A DNA stretch of 64,000 bases. It comes from Roseibacillus sp. (lineage in GTDB: Bacteria > Verrucomicrobiota > Verrucomicrobiia > Verrucomicrobiales > Akkermansiaceae). Position numbers and translations under genes: made by a program. The stretch is taken from assembly GCA_965242925.1 (NCBI GenBank), contig CBDEUM010000014.1, positions 512,001-576,000 on the forward strand. The letters run 5' to 3'. The first letter of the stretch is position 1; each line of letters starts with the position of its first letter. Positions 1-8,346 of this stretch are shown here, in pieces. The notes beneath the pieces were generated by a model. That model was not told the origin of the DNA and ran no database searches. It was given only the letters and a program-made list of their open reading frames with translations.

Positions 1-302
1 GGTGAGCCTTGAGCGCAAAAGGGCCATTGCGGACGCAGGCCCACCAATCCTACCCCAAAGTGACTACCCCGGCCCGGGTAAGACGACCGCGGTCATCCCG
101 GAGACCCCTTGATTCCGTGTCTTTGAGAGCCTTCCTCCTCTCCACAGGGAAGGGAAGAATGCTTGCGAATCCGCTCTTCCGAAACAAAATCTAGGCCTCT
201 CAGTTCCCCCCTTCCACCCTGAACGGTCCTACCACGCGTGAGCATCACTCCGCTGCTCCTCTGAATGTCGGCTCCCTCCTGGAGGAAGGCCTGCCGCCTG
301 TC

Positions 303-2405
303 ATGATCAGAAGTCTCGCTACTGCCCTCTTTCTGGGCCTCGCCCATCTGGGTGCGACCCCGGTGATCAGTGAGATCATGTTCCATCCTCCTCACGTTGA
401 CGGAGGGGAGGACCCACGCGACGAATGGATCGAAATCCACAATCCGGGGTTCGGGACCATCAGCCTGGCAGGCTGGTCATTGGAGGGAGCCTCCTTCACC
501 TTCCCCGAGGTCAGCATCCCTGGCCAAGGCCACCTCGTGGTGGCGGCCGATGAGGCCGTCTTCCGCGCCCGCTATCCCGAGGTCACAAATGTGACCGGCG
601 GCTGGCAGGAAGGGCTCTCCAATCGTCGTGAGACCATCCGGCTGCTCGACCACACCGGCAAAGAAATTGATCGCGTCACCTACGCCGATGATGGCGACTG
701 GGCCCTGCGCCGACCCGGCCTTGATGACCAGGGACACACCGGGTGGATCTGGGCCAATCCAGCCGACGGCGGCGGCAGGACACTCGAGTTGAGGAATCAG
801 CATTCCCGCAATGACCTCGCCCAGAACTGGGCCCACAGCATCACCGAGGGAGGCACCCCCGGGGCCCCGAACTCGGTCCGGGAGGTCAATATCGCGCCCT
901 TCATTGAGGACGTCTCCCATCACCCGGCCGTTCCCACCCCGCGGGACCTCGTCCTGATCCGGGCCCGCCTGAGTGATGATCTCTCCTCTGCGGTCCATGG
1001 GGTGGTCTACCACCGGGTCTCGGCCCGACCCTCCGGCCCTTTCGCCATCACCCCCATGCGGGATGACGGACTGGGCGGGGACGAGGTCGCACAGGACAAC
1101 ATTCACACCGCCGTCCTTCCGGCCCGGCCTGAGGGCACGGTGGTGGAGTTTTGCGTGGAGGCGTCCGATCGCACCCAGACCCGGACCTGGCCCGGCCCCA
1201 CTTCGCCCACGGGAGCACAGGAAGCCAACCTCCTCTATCAGGTCGACAGCGAACGCCCGGCCGACCGGGCCCCCTTCTACCGCCTCATCCTGACCGCCGG
1301 GGAGCTCGATGAGTTCCTCAACATTTCCTTTGCCTCGGAAGAACGAAACACCAACGCCCGCTTCAACGCCACCTTCATCGCCGGCCTGGATGGCAAACTC
1401 CAGATCTACTACCGTTGCGGCATGGGGCTGCGGGGATCGGGCACGCGCTCCCGTTATCCCCGCAACCTGAAGATCGAGCTGCCTTCCAACCACTCCTGGC
1501 AGGGACTCAATGCGCTGAACCTGAACACCCAGTTCTCCTATAATCAGCTCCTGGGCAGCCTCTTCTACCGCGCCGCGGGTCTTCCCGCCTACGAATCGAA
1601 AGCCGTGGCCGTCCGCCTCAACGGGGTCAATCACGCCGCCCCCGAAAATGCGACCGTTGCCCAGCCCTTCAACCACCACTTCGGGATGTATGTTCAGAAC
1701 GAGCCCGTCAACAGCCTCTACATCCGGCAGCACTATCCCCTCGAAACAGGAGGCAACCTCTATCGCATGACGGGGACCGGGACAGGCTGGGACTACTTCC
1801 CCGACAGCGACAACCTGGGAGCGGATTACCACGGCAGCGGCTGGGACAAGGAAAACAACCACTCGATCAACGACTGGTCGGACCTTCATCACTTCATCGG
1901 GGTGATGTCCACCGCCTCCGGCCCGGACTATCTCAAACAGGTCGAGAGGGTCATGGACCTGGAGTCCTGGCTGCGCAACCTGGCCGTCAGCACCATTCTG
2001 ACCAATTCCGAGAACAGCATCTTCACCGGCCGCAACGATGATTACGCCCTTTACTGTAAGCACGACGGACGTTTCAAACTCATCCCGCACGATCTCGACA
2101 CCATTCTGGGCACGGGCGACATGACCCCGATCGGAATCGACAACCTGCCACATACTATTCTCGACTTCGTGGAACGGGGGGAAGGCTTCACCCAACTCAA
2201 ACCACTCTTTCGCAAGCCCAGGGTCCTGCAACGCTACTACCAGATTCTCTCCGAGCTTCTTCACGGCCCCTTCGAAGCGACCCGTGCCAACCGCCTCATC
2301 GACGACGCCCTCACCTGGACCCCGGAGAGCACCGCCGAACGCCGCCAAGGAGTTCCTGGCCGCCCGTCGAGCCAACATCCTGAGTTTGATCGAGCGTCCC
2401 CTTGA
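303..2405 (+). CDS. Secreted lamin-tail-domain / CotH-kinase-family protein, N-terminal part (frameshifted at ~2330-2340 into 2284..6390)
   Basis: Signal peptide; lamin-tail motif VISEIMFHP..EWIEIHN; CotH-like motifs RGSGTR, NLKI, LNLN, DDYALY..FKLIPHDLD. Plausible sequence ends at WTPEST and continues in the +1 frame as NAAKEFLAARRANIL. Confidence 0.8.
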   Translation: MIRSLATALFLGLAHLGATPVISEIMFHPPHVDGGEDPRDEWIEIHNPGFGTISLAGWSLEGASFTFPEVSIPGQGHLVVAADEAVFRARYPEVTNVTGGWQEGLSNRRETIRLLDHTGKEIDRVTYADDGDWALRRPGLDDQGHTGWIWANPADGGGRTLELRNQHSRNDLAQNWAHSITEGGTPGAPNSVREVNIAPFIEDVSHHPAVPTPRDLVLIRARLSDDLSSAVHGVVYHRVSARPSGPFAITPMRDDGLGGDEVAQDNIHTAVLPARPEGTVVEFCVEASDRTQTRTWPGPTSPTGAQEANLLYQVDSERPADRAPFYRLILTAGELDEFLNISFASEERNTNARFNATFIAGLDGKLQIYYRCGMGLRGSGTRSRYPRNLKIELPSNHSWQGLNALNLNTQFSYNQLLGSLFYRAAGLPAYESKAVAVRLNGVNHAAPENATVAQPFNHHFGMYVQNEPVNSLYIRQHYPLETGGNLYRMTGTGTGWDYFPDSDNLGADYHGSGWDKENNHSINDWSDLHHFIGVMSTASGPDYLKQVERVMDLESWLRNLAVSTILTNSENSIFTGRNDDYALYCKHDGRFKLIPHDLDTILGTGDMTPIGIDNLPHTILDFVERGEGFTQLKPLFRKPRVLQRYYQILSELLHGPFEATRANRLIDDALTWTPESTAERRQGVPGRPSSQHPEFDRASP

Positions 2406-5400
2406 GGCCATCCCCAGCCTGGACGGTCCTGCTGACCTCCCCACATCCCTCGACGGCAGGGCAAGGCTCTCCGGCACCTTCAACACCACCCGGGCCACTG
2501 CGGTTTTTCTTAATGGGGAAGCAGTCCCCATCGACCATGCCGCCGGAACCTGGTCCCACATGGTCAACACCCTCAATCCAGGAATCAATCGTCTCATCAT
2601 GGAAGAGCGTGATACCAGACAGAACGTGGTGGCGCGTTCCCATCTCGACATCTTTCATGCCGGCAACCCCGGGACCGTCATGCGGGGAGCTCTCACTGCT
2701 GATACCACCCTCGACGCTGCAGGGGGGCCGTGGATCATCACTGCCTCTCTCAATGTTCTTCCGGATGTCACCCTCACCATCGAACCAGGCGCCTCCCTGT
2801 TCTTCAGGCCCACGGCGGGAATCACGGTCCAGCCGGGCGGCACCCTGCGATGCGAGGGAGCCCCCTATCAGCGCATTCGCCTCAGCCACTATCCCGGTTC
2901 CTCCGACATCTGGCAGGGAGTGAGCATCGTGGCTCCCTCGGGGCAGGAATCCCCTAGCGAAAACGTGATCTCCTATACCGACATGGAATACGGAGACGCC
3001 CAGGGCGAGGCCATCGAGTTGCGCCGCTCCCAGCTTCTCCTCGATCATGTGACCTGGAAGCACAGCAGTGACACCGTGCTTGAGGTCTACAGCCCTCAAC
3101 TCGAGGTCCGTGACTGCACCTTTCCACCCGTCCCCACCTCAAAGGCCCTCCAGGGATCCACTCTGCGCGGAAATGATTATCTTATCCTGCGCCGCAATCT
3201 CTTCTCCCCGTCTCCGGCCTACAATGACATCATCCTTTTTTCGGGAGCCCACCGGCCCGGACCGATCCTCGCCGCCTATGACAACGTCTTCCCCGGTGCG
3301 ACCGACGAGTGTTTCGATCTCAACAATTGTGATGCTCATCTGGAGGGGAATATTTTCATGCACGTGCACCTCTTCCAGCCGCGCAACAGCACTTCCAATG
3401 CGATTGCTATCAACAACGAATCCAACGTCACGGTGGTTCGAAATATGTTTTACGATGTCGACCACGCCGTCCTGGCCAAGAACGGCGCGGAGTGCACCTT
3501 CGAGAACAACACGGTGGCAGAGGCCACCATCGCCGCAATCAATCTCAATGAGCCGCTGCGCCCGGACACCCTTCCAGGGAAGGGCATCGCGATGGACTCG
3601 AATCTCTTCCTGGACTGCACCAGGATCTTTGCCCATCCCGACTCGGTTGAAATCTCCGGGCATCGCAATATTATTCCGGCTGCACATCACGCAATCGGTG
3701 ACGGGAATCTCGATCTCGACCCCTTTCTCACCAATCTCGCGGCGGGCCCCTGGCCCCCGAGCAGCTGGGAGCTCCTGCCGGGCTCTCCTGCCCAGGGATC
3801 GGGACAGAACGGCCTCGATCGCGGGGCCCTGGTTCCCCGAGGAGCTTCCATCTCCGGTCTGCCCTTGCCCATCACCCGGCTCGACCACGCCACCCTGAGC
3901 GTGGACGGCCCCGGGGTGACCGACTACCGCTTCCGCCTGGTGACCGACGGTCTTCCCGGAGACTGGAGCGGGGATCTCCCTCTGGACGCGCAAATTCAAC
4001 TCGTCGCCCTTCAACCGGCGACCTATCACATCGAGCTCCTGGCCCGTGACTCCGCCGGAAACTGGCAAAGCGGGAGTGAATCCACTTCTTCCCGCCAGTG
4101 GCGGGTCGATCCAGGTTTCCGCTCCCGGGGAGAACTGGTCCTCAACGAAGTGGAGGCGCACCCCAGTCCAGAGGTCGACCGCGTGGAACTCCACAACCCC
4201 GGGGCACAGGCCATGCTGCTTGACGGCTGGTTCCTTACCGACACCCCGAGCAAACCACAGAAAGTAGCGCTGACCGGCAGCCTCGCCCCCGGGGCCTACC
4301 TCTCCCTGGCCGACAACGAGGTCCCCGGTCTCAGCCCCTCCGGGGAAGAGGTTCTTCTCTACCACGGCAACACTCTGGTGGATTCCATCCGCTGGGGCCG
4401 ACAGATTGCCGGCCACTCTATCGGACGCCATGGCCCTTCGGGCCAGTGGAAGCTCTGCCTTCCTACTCCGGGAGGTCCCAATCAGACCGTTGGACTTGCC
4501 CCGCCGCACCAAATGAAGATCAACGAGTGGCTCTCCGACTCCGAACTGCACTATCTGGGAGAATTCATCGAGCTCTTCAATCCGGGGGATTCCCCTGCAA
4601 ACGTGGGAGGGCTCTGGCTGTCCAACAGCCTGGACCACCCCGGGAGGCATCAGATTCCCGACCACTCCTACATTCCGGCCCACGGGTTCCTCGTCTTCCA
4701 CTCCACCGCAAGCGACAGGCCCGCAACCGACGAATTTCCCTTTAATCTCGACGACTCCCGCCAGTGGCTGGTTCTCACGGCCGACGACGGAACCACCATC
4801 GACCAGATCCGCATCACTTCCCAGCACGCCGATGCAGTGGAAGGGCGCAATCCCGACGGATCTCCCAACGTGGAAACCTTGCCCCTCGGAACACCCGGAC
4901 GCTCCAACAACCGGGCCCCCCGTATTCACACGATTTCCACTCTGCTCCCCTTTGAGCACCCGGACTGGCGCTTTCTCGACAATGCCGACCCAGTCAGCGA
5001 CTGGAAGGCCTTCAACTTCGATGACGACAGCTGGAAAACGGGACCCGCCCCCCTCGGCCGGGAGACCACCGCCCTGATCATTCCCCTGGCCTCTCACAGC
5101 GAGAGCATTCCGCCCTTCAACTACCGCCGGGGCAGGAAAAATTACTACTTCCGCAAGACCTTCGAGTTCAGCGGGGATCCCTCGCAAACCTCCCTCTCCC
5201 TCGCAACTTACATCGACGATGGAGCGATCTTCTACCTGAACGGACACGAGCTCTTCCGGCATAACGTCCCCGACGGAATCCTTGATGAATCCACCTGGGC
5301 TGAAGAGGTCATCACCAACGCCTCCTTCGAGGGTCCCTTCCCCGTGTCCAGTGAGCACCTCGTCAATGGCACCAACATTCTTGCCGCCGTCACCTATCAG

Positions 5401-6390
5401 GGCAGCCTCGACAGCTCGGATATCGTCTTTGATTGTGAACTCGTCGCCGACGAATCACTTGTCTCCCCGCCAAATCCCACCGAAGTCGCCCTTCGGGTCC
5501 TGCTCGATCACCTCCGCATCACCGAAATCATGTACAACCCTCCCGACGGGAGTGCCGGTGAGTATGTGGAGATCCACAACACGAGCCACGATCTCACGCT
5601 CGACCTAACGGGAGTGCGCTTCACGGAAGGCATCGAATTCACCTTCCCGGCACTTACCCTCGAACCTCAGGCACACATTGTAGTGGTTGCAGACCGGCAG
5701 TTCTTTGAACTGATCCACGGGCAGGGCATCAACATTGCAGGCACATTCGAAAACGGTAAATTTCACAACGACGGCGAAAGTGTGGCCCTCACCCTGCCGG
5801 CACCGTTCGACGTTCACATCCAGAAGTTCACCTACGACCACGCCTGGCACCCCAACACCGACTCCACCGGCTACTCCCTTGAGCTCCGGGACACCGAGCG
5901 GGAACTCGACACCTGGAACGAGAGGTCCGCCTGGGCCCCCTCCTTCGCCCTTCACGGTTCTCCCGGATTCCCCAACGGTGCTTCCTCCTATCATAGCTGG
6001 GCCACTACCCTGGGGGTAGGTCCGGGGGATGAAGACGGCGATCTTTTGAGCAATCTCTTTGAATACGCCTTCGGCTTCGACCCCCTTGAGTGGCAATCCG
6101 TTCCCATCCTCTTCGAGCAGTTCATTCACCCGCTGGAGGGCTCCGCCACCATCTTCCATATCCCCGCGGTTGCACCGGAGGATGTCATCTTTCACATCCA
6201 GTCCTCGCTGGACCTGCAAACCTGGACCACCCAGGCTACCCGCACCGCCAACGGCTCCTGGAAGGGCCCGGGCGAAGTTGAGGCGGTGCACGCCGAGGAG
6301 GGCCTCGGCATCGTGCGAATCCGTCTCCCCGCCGCCCCTGCCCTCTTTACCCGCATGCAGGTGGAAGTCACTGAGACCGCCCAACCCTGA
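2284..6390 (+). CDS. C-terminal part of the same giant protein: right-handed beta-helix, three more lamin-tail domains, beta-sandwich module, DxDxD motif, C-terminal S-x-D-L-x-x-W module
   Basis: GGPWIIT..LTIEPG beta-helix entry; VLNEV, INEWL and ITEIMYNP lamin-tail starts; YYFRKTF..DDGAIFYLNG module; DEDGDLLSNLFEYAFGFDP. It has no start or signal peptide of its own. Removing one base joins 303..6390 into a 2028-aa ORF. Confidence 0.8.
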   Translation: MPTASSTTPSPGPRRAPPNAAKEFLAARRANILSLIERPLEAIPSLDGPADLPTSLDGRARLSGTFNTTRATAVFLNGEAVPIDHAAGTWSHMVNTLNPGINRLIMEERDTRQNVVARSHLDIFHAGNPGTVMRGALTADTTLDAAGGPWIITASLNVLPDVTLTIEPGASLFFRPTAGITVQPGGTLRCEGAPYQRIRLSHYPGSSDIWQGVSIVAPSGQESPSENVISYTDMEYGDAQGEAIELRRSQLLLDHVTWKHSSDTVLEVYSPQLEVRDCTFPPVPTSKALQGSTLRGNDYLILRRNLFSPSPAYNDIILFSGAHRPGPILAAYDNVFPGATDECFDLNNCDAHLEGNIFMHVHLFQPRNSTSNAIAINNESNVTVVRNMFYDVDHAVLAKNGAECTFENNTVAEATIAAINLNEPLRPDTLPGKGIAMDSNLFLDCTRIFAHPDSVEISGHRNIIPAAHHAIGDGNLDLDPFLTNLAAGPWPPSSWELLPGSPAQGSGQNGLDRGALVPRGASISGLPLPITRLDHATLSVDGPGVTDYRFRLVTDGLPGDWSGDLPLDAQIQLVALQPATYHIELLARDSAGNWQSGSESTSSRQWRVDPGFRSRGELVLNEVEAHPSPEVDRVELHNPGAQAMLLDGWFLTDTPSKPQKVALTGSLAPGAYLSLADNEVPGLSPSGEEVLLYHGNTLVDSIRWGRQIAGHSIGRHGPSGQWKLCLPTPGGPNQTVGLAPPHQMKINEWLSDSELHYLGEFIELFNPGDSPANVGGLWLSNSLDHPGRHQIPDHSYIPAHGFLVFHSTASDRPATDEFPFNLDDSRQWLVLTADDGTTIDQIRITSQHADAVEGRNPDGSPNVETLPLGTPGRSNNRAPRIHTISTLLPFEHPDWRFLDNADPVSDWKAFNFDDDSWKTGPAPLGRETTALIIPLASHSESIPPFNYRRGRKNYYFRKTFEFSGDPSQTSLSLATYIDDGAIFYLNGHELFRHNVPDGILDESTWAEEVITNASFEGPFPVSSEHLVNGTNILAAVTYQGSLDSSDIVFDCELVADESLVSPPNPTEVALRVLLDHLRITEIMYNPPDGSAGEYVEIHNTSHDLTLDLTGVRFTEGIEFTFPALTLEPQAHIVVVADRQFFELIHGQGINIAGTFENGKFHNDGESVALTLPAPFDVHIQKFTYDHAWHPNTDSTGYSLELRDTERELDTWNERSAWAPSFALHGSPGFPNGASSYHSWATTLGVGPGDEDGDLLSNLFEYAFGFDPLEWQSVPILFEQFIHPLEGSATIFHIPAVAPEDVIFHIQSSLDLQTWTTQATRTANGSWKGPGEVEAVHAEEGLGIVRIRLPAAPALFTRMQVEVTETAQP

Positions 6391-6618
6391 CCGCTGCCCC
6401 CAGGGGCGCGTCGTTCCGGGTGCCGTTCTTCAGGCCAACCCTCCCGATTCGTTTTCCCCTCCCGGGATGCCGGAGGGGGCCGTATCCCCGTGCGGAACCG
6501 GAGCGAGGTCCGCCCCCCCAAGGGCCTTCCGTCAGACACCTTAATGAATCTCGTCCTCGCATGGCGCCGCTTTGCCAGTCATTCTCCCGTCCTCCGGCGA
6601 CCACCGCCAATATCCGCC

Positions 6619-8343
6619 ATGAAAAAAACTGTCTTGCCTGCTCTCGCCCTCTCCCTCGCGCTCCTGGCCTGCTCCAATCCCGCCCAGGCCGCCGACGACC
6701 GTCCCAATATCATTCTGATCATGTCCGATGACATGGGCTTCTCGGATATCGGTTGTTACGGCGGGGAAATCAATACCCCCACCCTCGATCACCTGGCAGC
6801 CAACGGCGTCCGCTTCACCCAATTCTACAATACCGCCCGCTGCTGCCCGACCCGTGCCACCCTCCTCACCGGGCTCTACGCCCACCAGGCCGGAGTCGGG
6901 CACATGATGGGCAACTACGGCATCCCCCAATACCAGGGTGAGCTCAACCGCAACTGCCTCACCATCGCGGAAGTCCTCAAGCCCGCCGGCTACCGCACCT
7001 ACATGTCCGGCAAGTGGCACGTCACCCCCTACAAGGCCGGAGAAGTCGCCAACCCCAACACCTCCAACTGGCCGCTCCAGCGGGGATTCGACCACTTTTA
7101 CGGAACCATTCACGGAGCGGGATCCTTTTTTGATCCCAACTCCCTGACCCGCGACAACCGCTATATTACGCCGGCCAATGATCCCGACTACCAGCCCGAC
7201 ACCTTCTACTACACAGATGCCATCTCCGACAATGCGGTGCGCTACATCGAGGACCACAAGCGGGAAGCGGACGGGCAACCCTTTTTCATGTATGTTTCCT
7301 ACACCGCGGCCCACTGGCCCATGCACGCTCTTCCCGGCGACATCGCCAAGTATGAGGGCAAGTACGATGGAGGCTACACGCCCACCCGGAAGGCGAGGGT
7401 CGCCAAGCTCAAGGCCCTCGGCCTCCTCCCCGACCACTGGGATGTCGTCCCCCAGATTGGCAACTGGGAATCCGTCAAGCTGAAGGAATGGGAGTCGGCC
7501 TGCATGGAGGTCTACGCCGCCATGGTCGACAACATGGACCAGGGAATCGGTCGCATCGTCGAGGCTCTGGAGGGGGCCGGGCAACTCGACAACACCCTCC
7601 TCCTCTTTTTCCAGGACAACGGCGGCTGTGCAGAGGGCTTCGGCCGCGGCAAGGTGGTCGGGCCGGTCAAGCGCCCCGCCAAGCCCACTCTGCCGCCCAT
7701 GGGCAAGGACGAGTTGCAGACCCAGATGGTCCCGCCCAAGAGCCGTGAGGGATATCCTCTCCGGCGCGGGGACGGCGTCATGCCCGGTCCTCCCGAGACC
7801 GAGGTCGGTTATGGCCGCAACTGGGCCAACGTCTCCAACACCCCTTTCCGTGAATACAAGCACTGGGTCCACGAAGGCGGGATCTCCACCCCGCTCATCG
7901 CGCACTGGCCCAAGGGCATCAAGGGCCACAACCGGTGGTTCAAGACCCCGGCCCACCTGATCGATCTCATGGCCACCTGTGTCGACCTCGGGCGGGCCAA
8001 GTATCCCGCCCGGAAAAAGGATAGGAAGATCACCCCCCTGGAGGGAATTTCCCTCCGCCCGGCCTTTGAGGACACCGCCCTCAAGCGCGGCAAGCCCATC
8101 TACTTCGAGCACGAGGGCAACCGCGCCGTCCGGGACGGCAAATGGAAACTCGTCGCCAAGGGCGTGAAGGGGCCCTGGGAACTCTACGACATGGAAAAGG
8201 ACCGCACCGAGATGCACAACCTCGCCGCCAGGCAGCCCGAGATCACCTCCCGGATGACCGCCCAGTATGAGCAGTGGGCCAAGGAGCGGGGGGTGGTGCC
8301 CTTCGGTTCATGGCGCCAGGCCCGGGCCCGGCAAAAGAAATAA
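6619..8343 (+). CDS. Arylsulfatase (Cys-type formylglycine sulfatase)
   Basis: ATG at 6619 with signal peptide; PNIILIMSDDMG, CCPTR, GKWH, QDNGG, EGGISTP. Confidence 0.93.
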   Translation: MKKTVLPALALSLALLACSNPAQAADDRPNIILIMSDDMGFSDIGCYGGEINTPTLDHLAANGVRFTQFYNTARCCPTRATLLTGLYAHQAGVGHMMGNYGIPQYQGELNRNCLTIAEVLKPAGYRTYMSGKWHVTPYKAGEVANPNTSNWPLQRGFDHFYGTIHGAGSFFDPNSLTRDNRYITPANDPDYQPDTFYYTDAISDNAVRYIEDHKREADGQPFFMYVSYTAAHWPMHALPGDIAKYEGKYDGGYTPTRKARVAKLKALGLLPDHWDVVPQIGNWESVKLKEWESACMEVYAAMVDNMDQGIGRIVEALEGAGQLDNTLLLFFQDNGGCAEGFGRGKVVGPVKRPAKPTLPPMGKDELQTQMVPPKSREGYPLRRGDGVMPGPPETEVGYGRNWANVSNTPFREYKHWVHEGGISTPLIAHWPKGIKGHNRWFKTPAHLIDLMATCVDLGRAKYPARKKDRKITPLEGISLRPAFEDTALKRGKPIYFEHEGNRAVRDGKWKLVAKGVKGPWELYDMEKDRTEMHNLAARQPEITSRMTAQYEQWAKERGVVPFGSWRQARARQKK

Positions 8344-8346
8344 CCC

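Noticed and set aside
1..300. Short ORFs 9..194 (+) and 93..440 (-), and a possible minus-strand start at 27 running off the window
   Set aside because: No recognisable motifs; too little sequence to support a call.
2320..2345. Programmed ribosomal frameshift in the CotH gene
   Set aside because: No slippery heptamer or homopolymer at the switch point; an indel is simpler.
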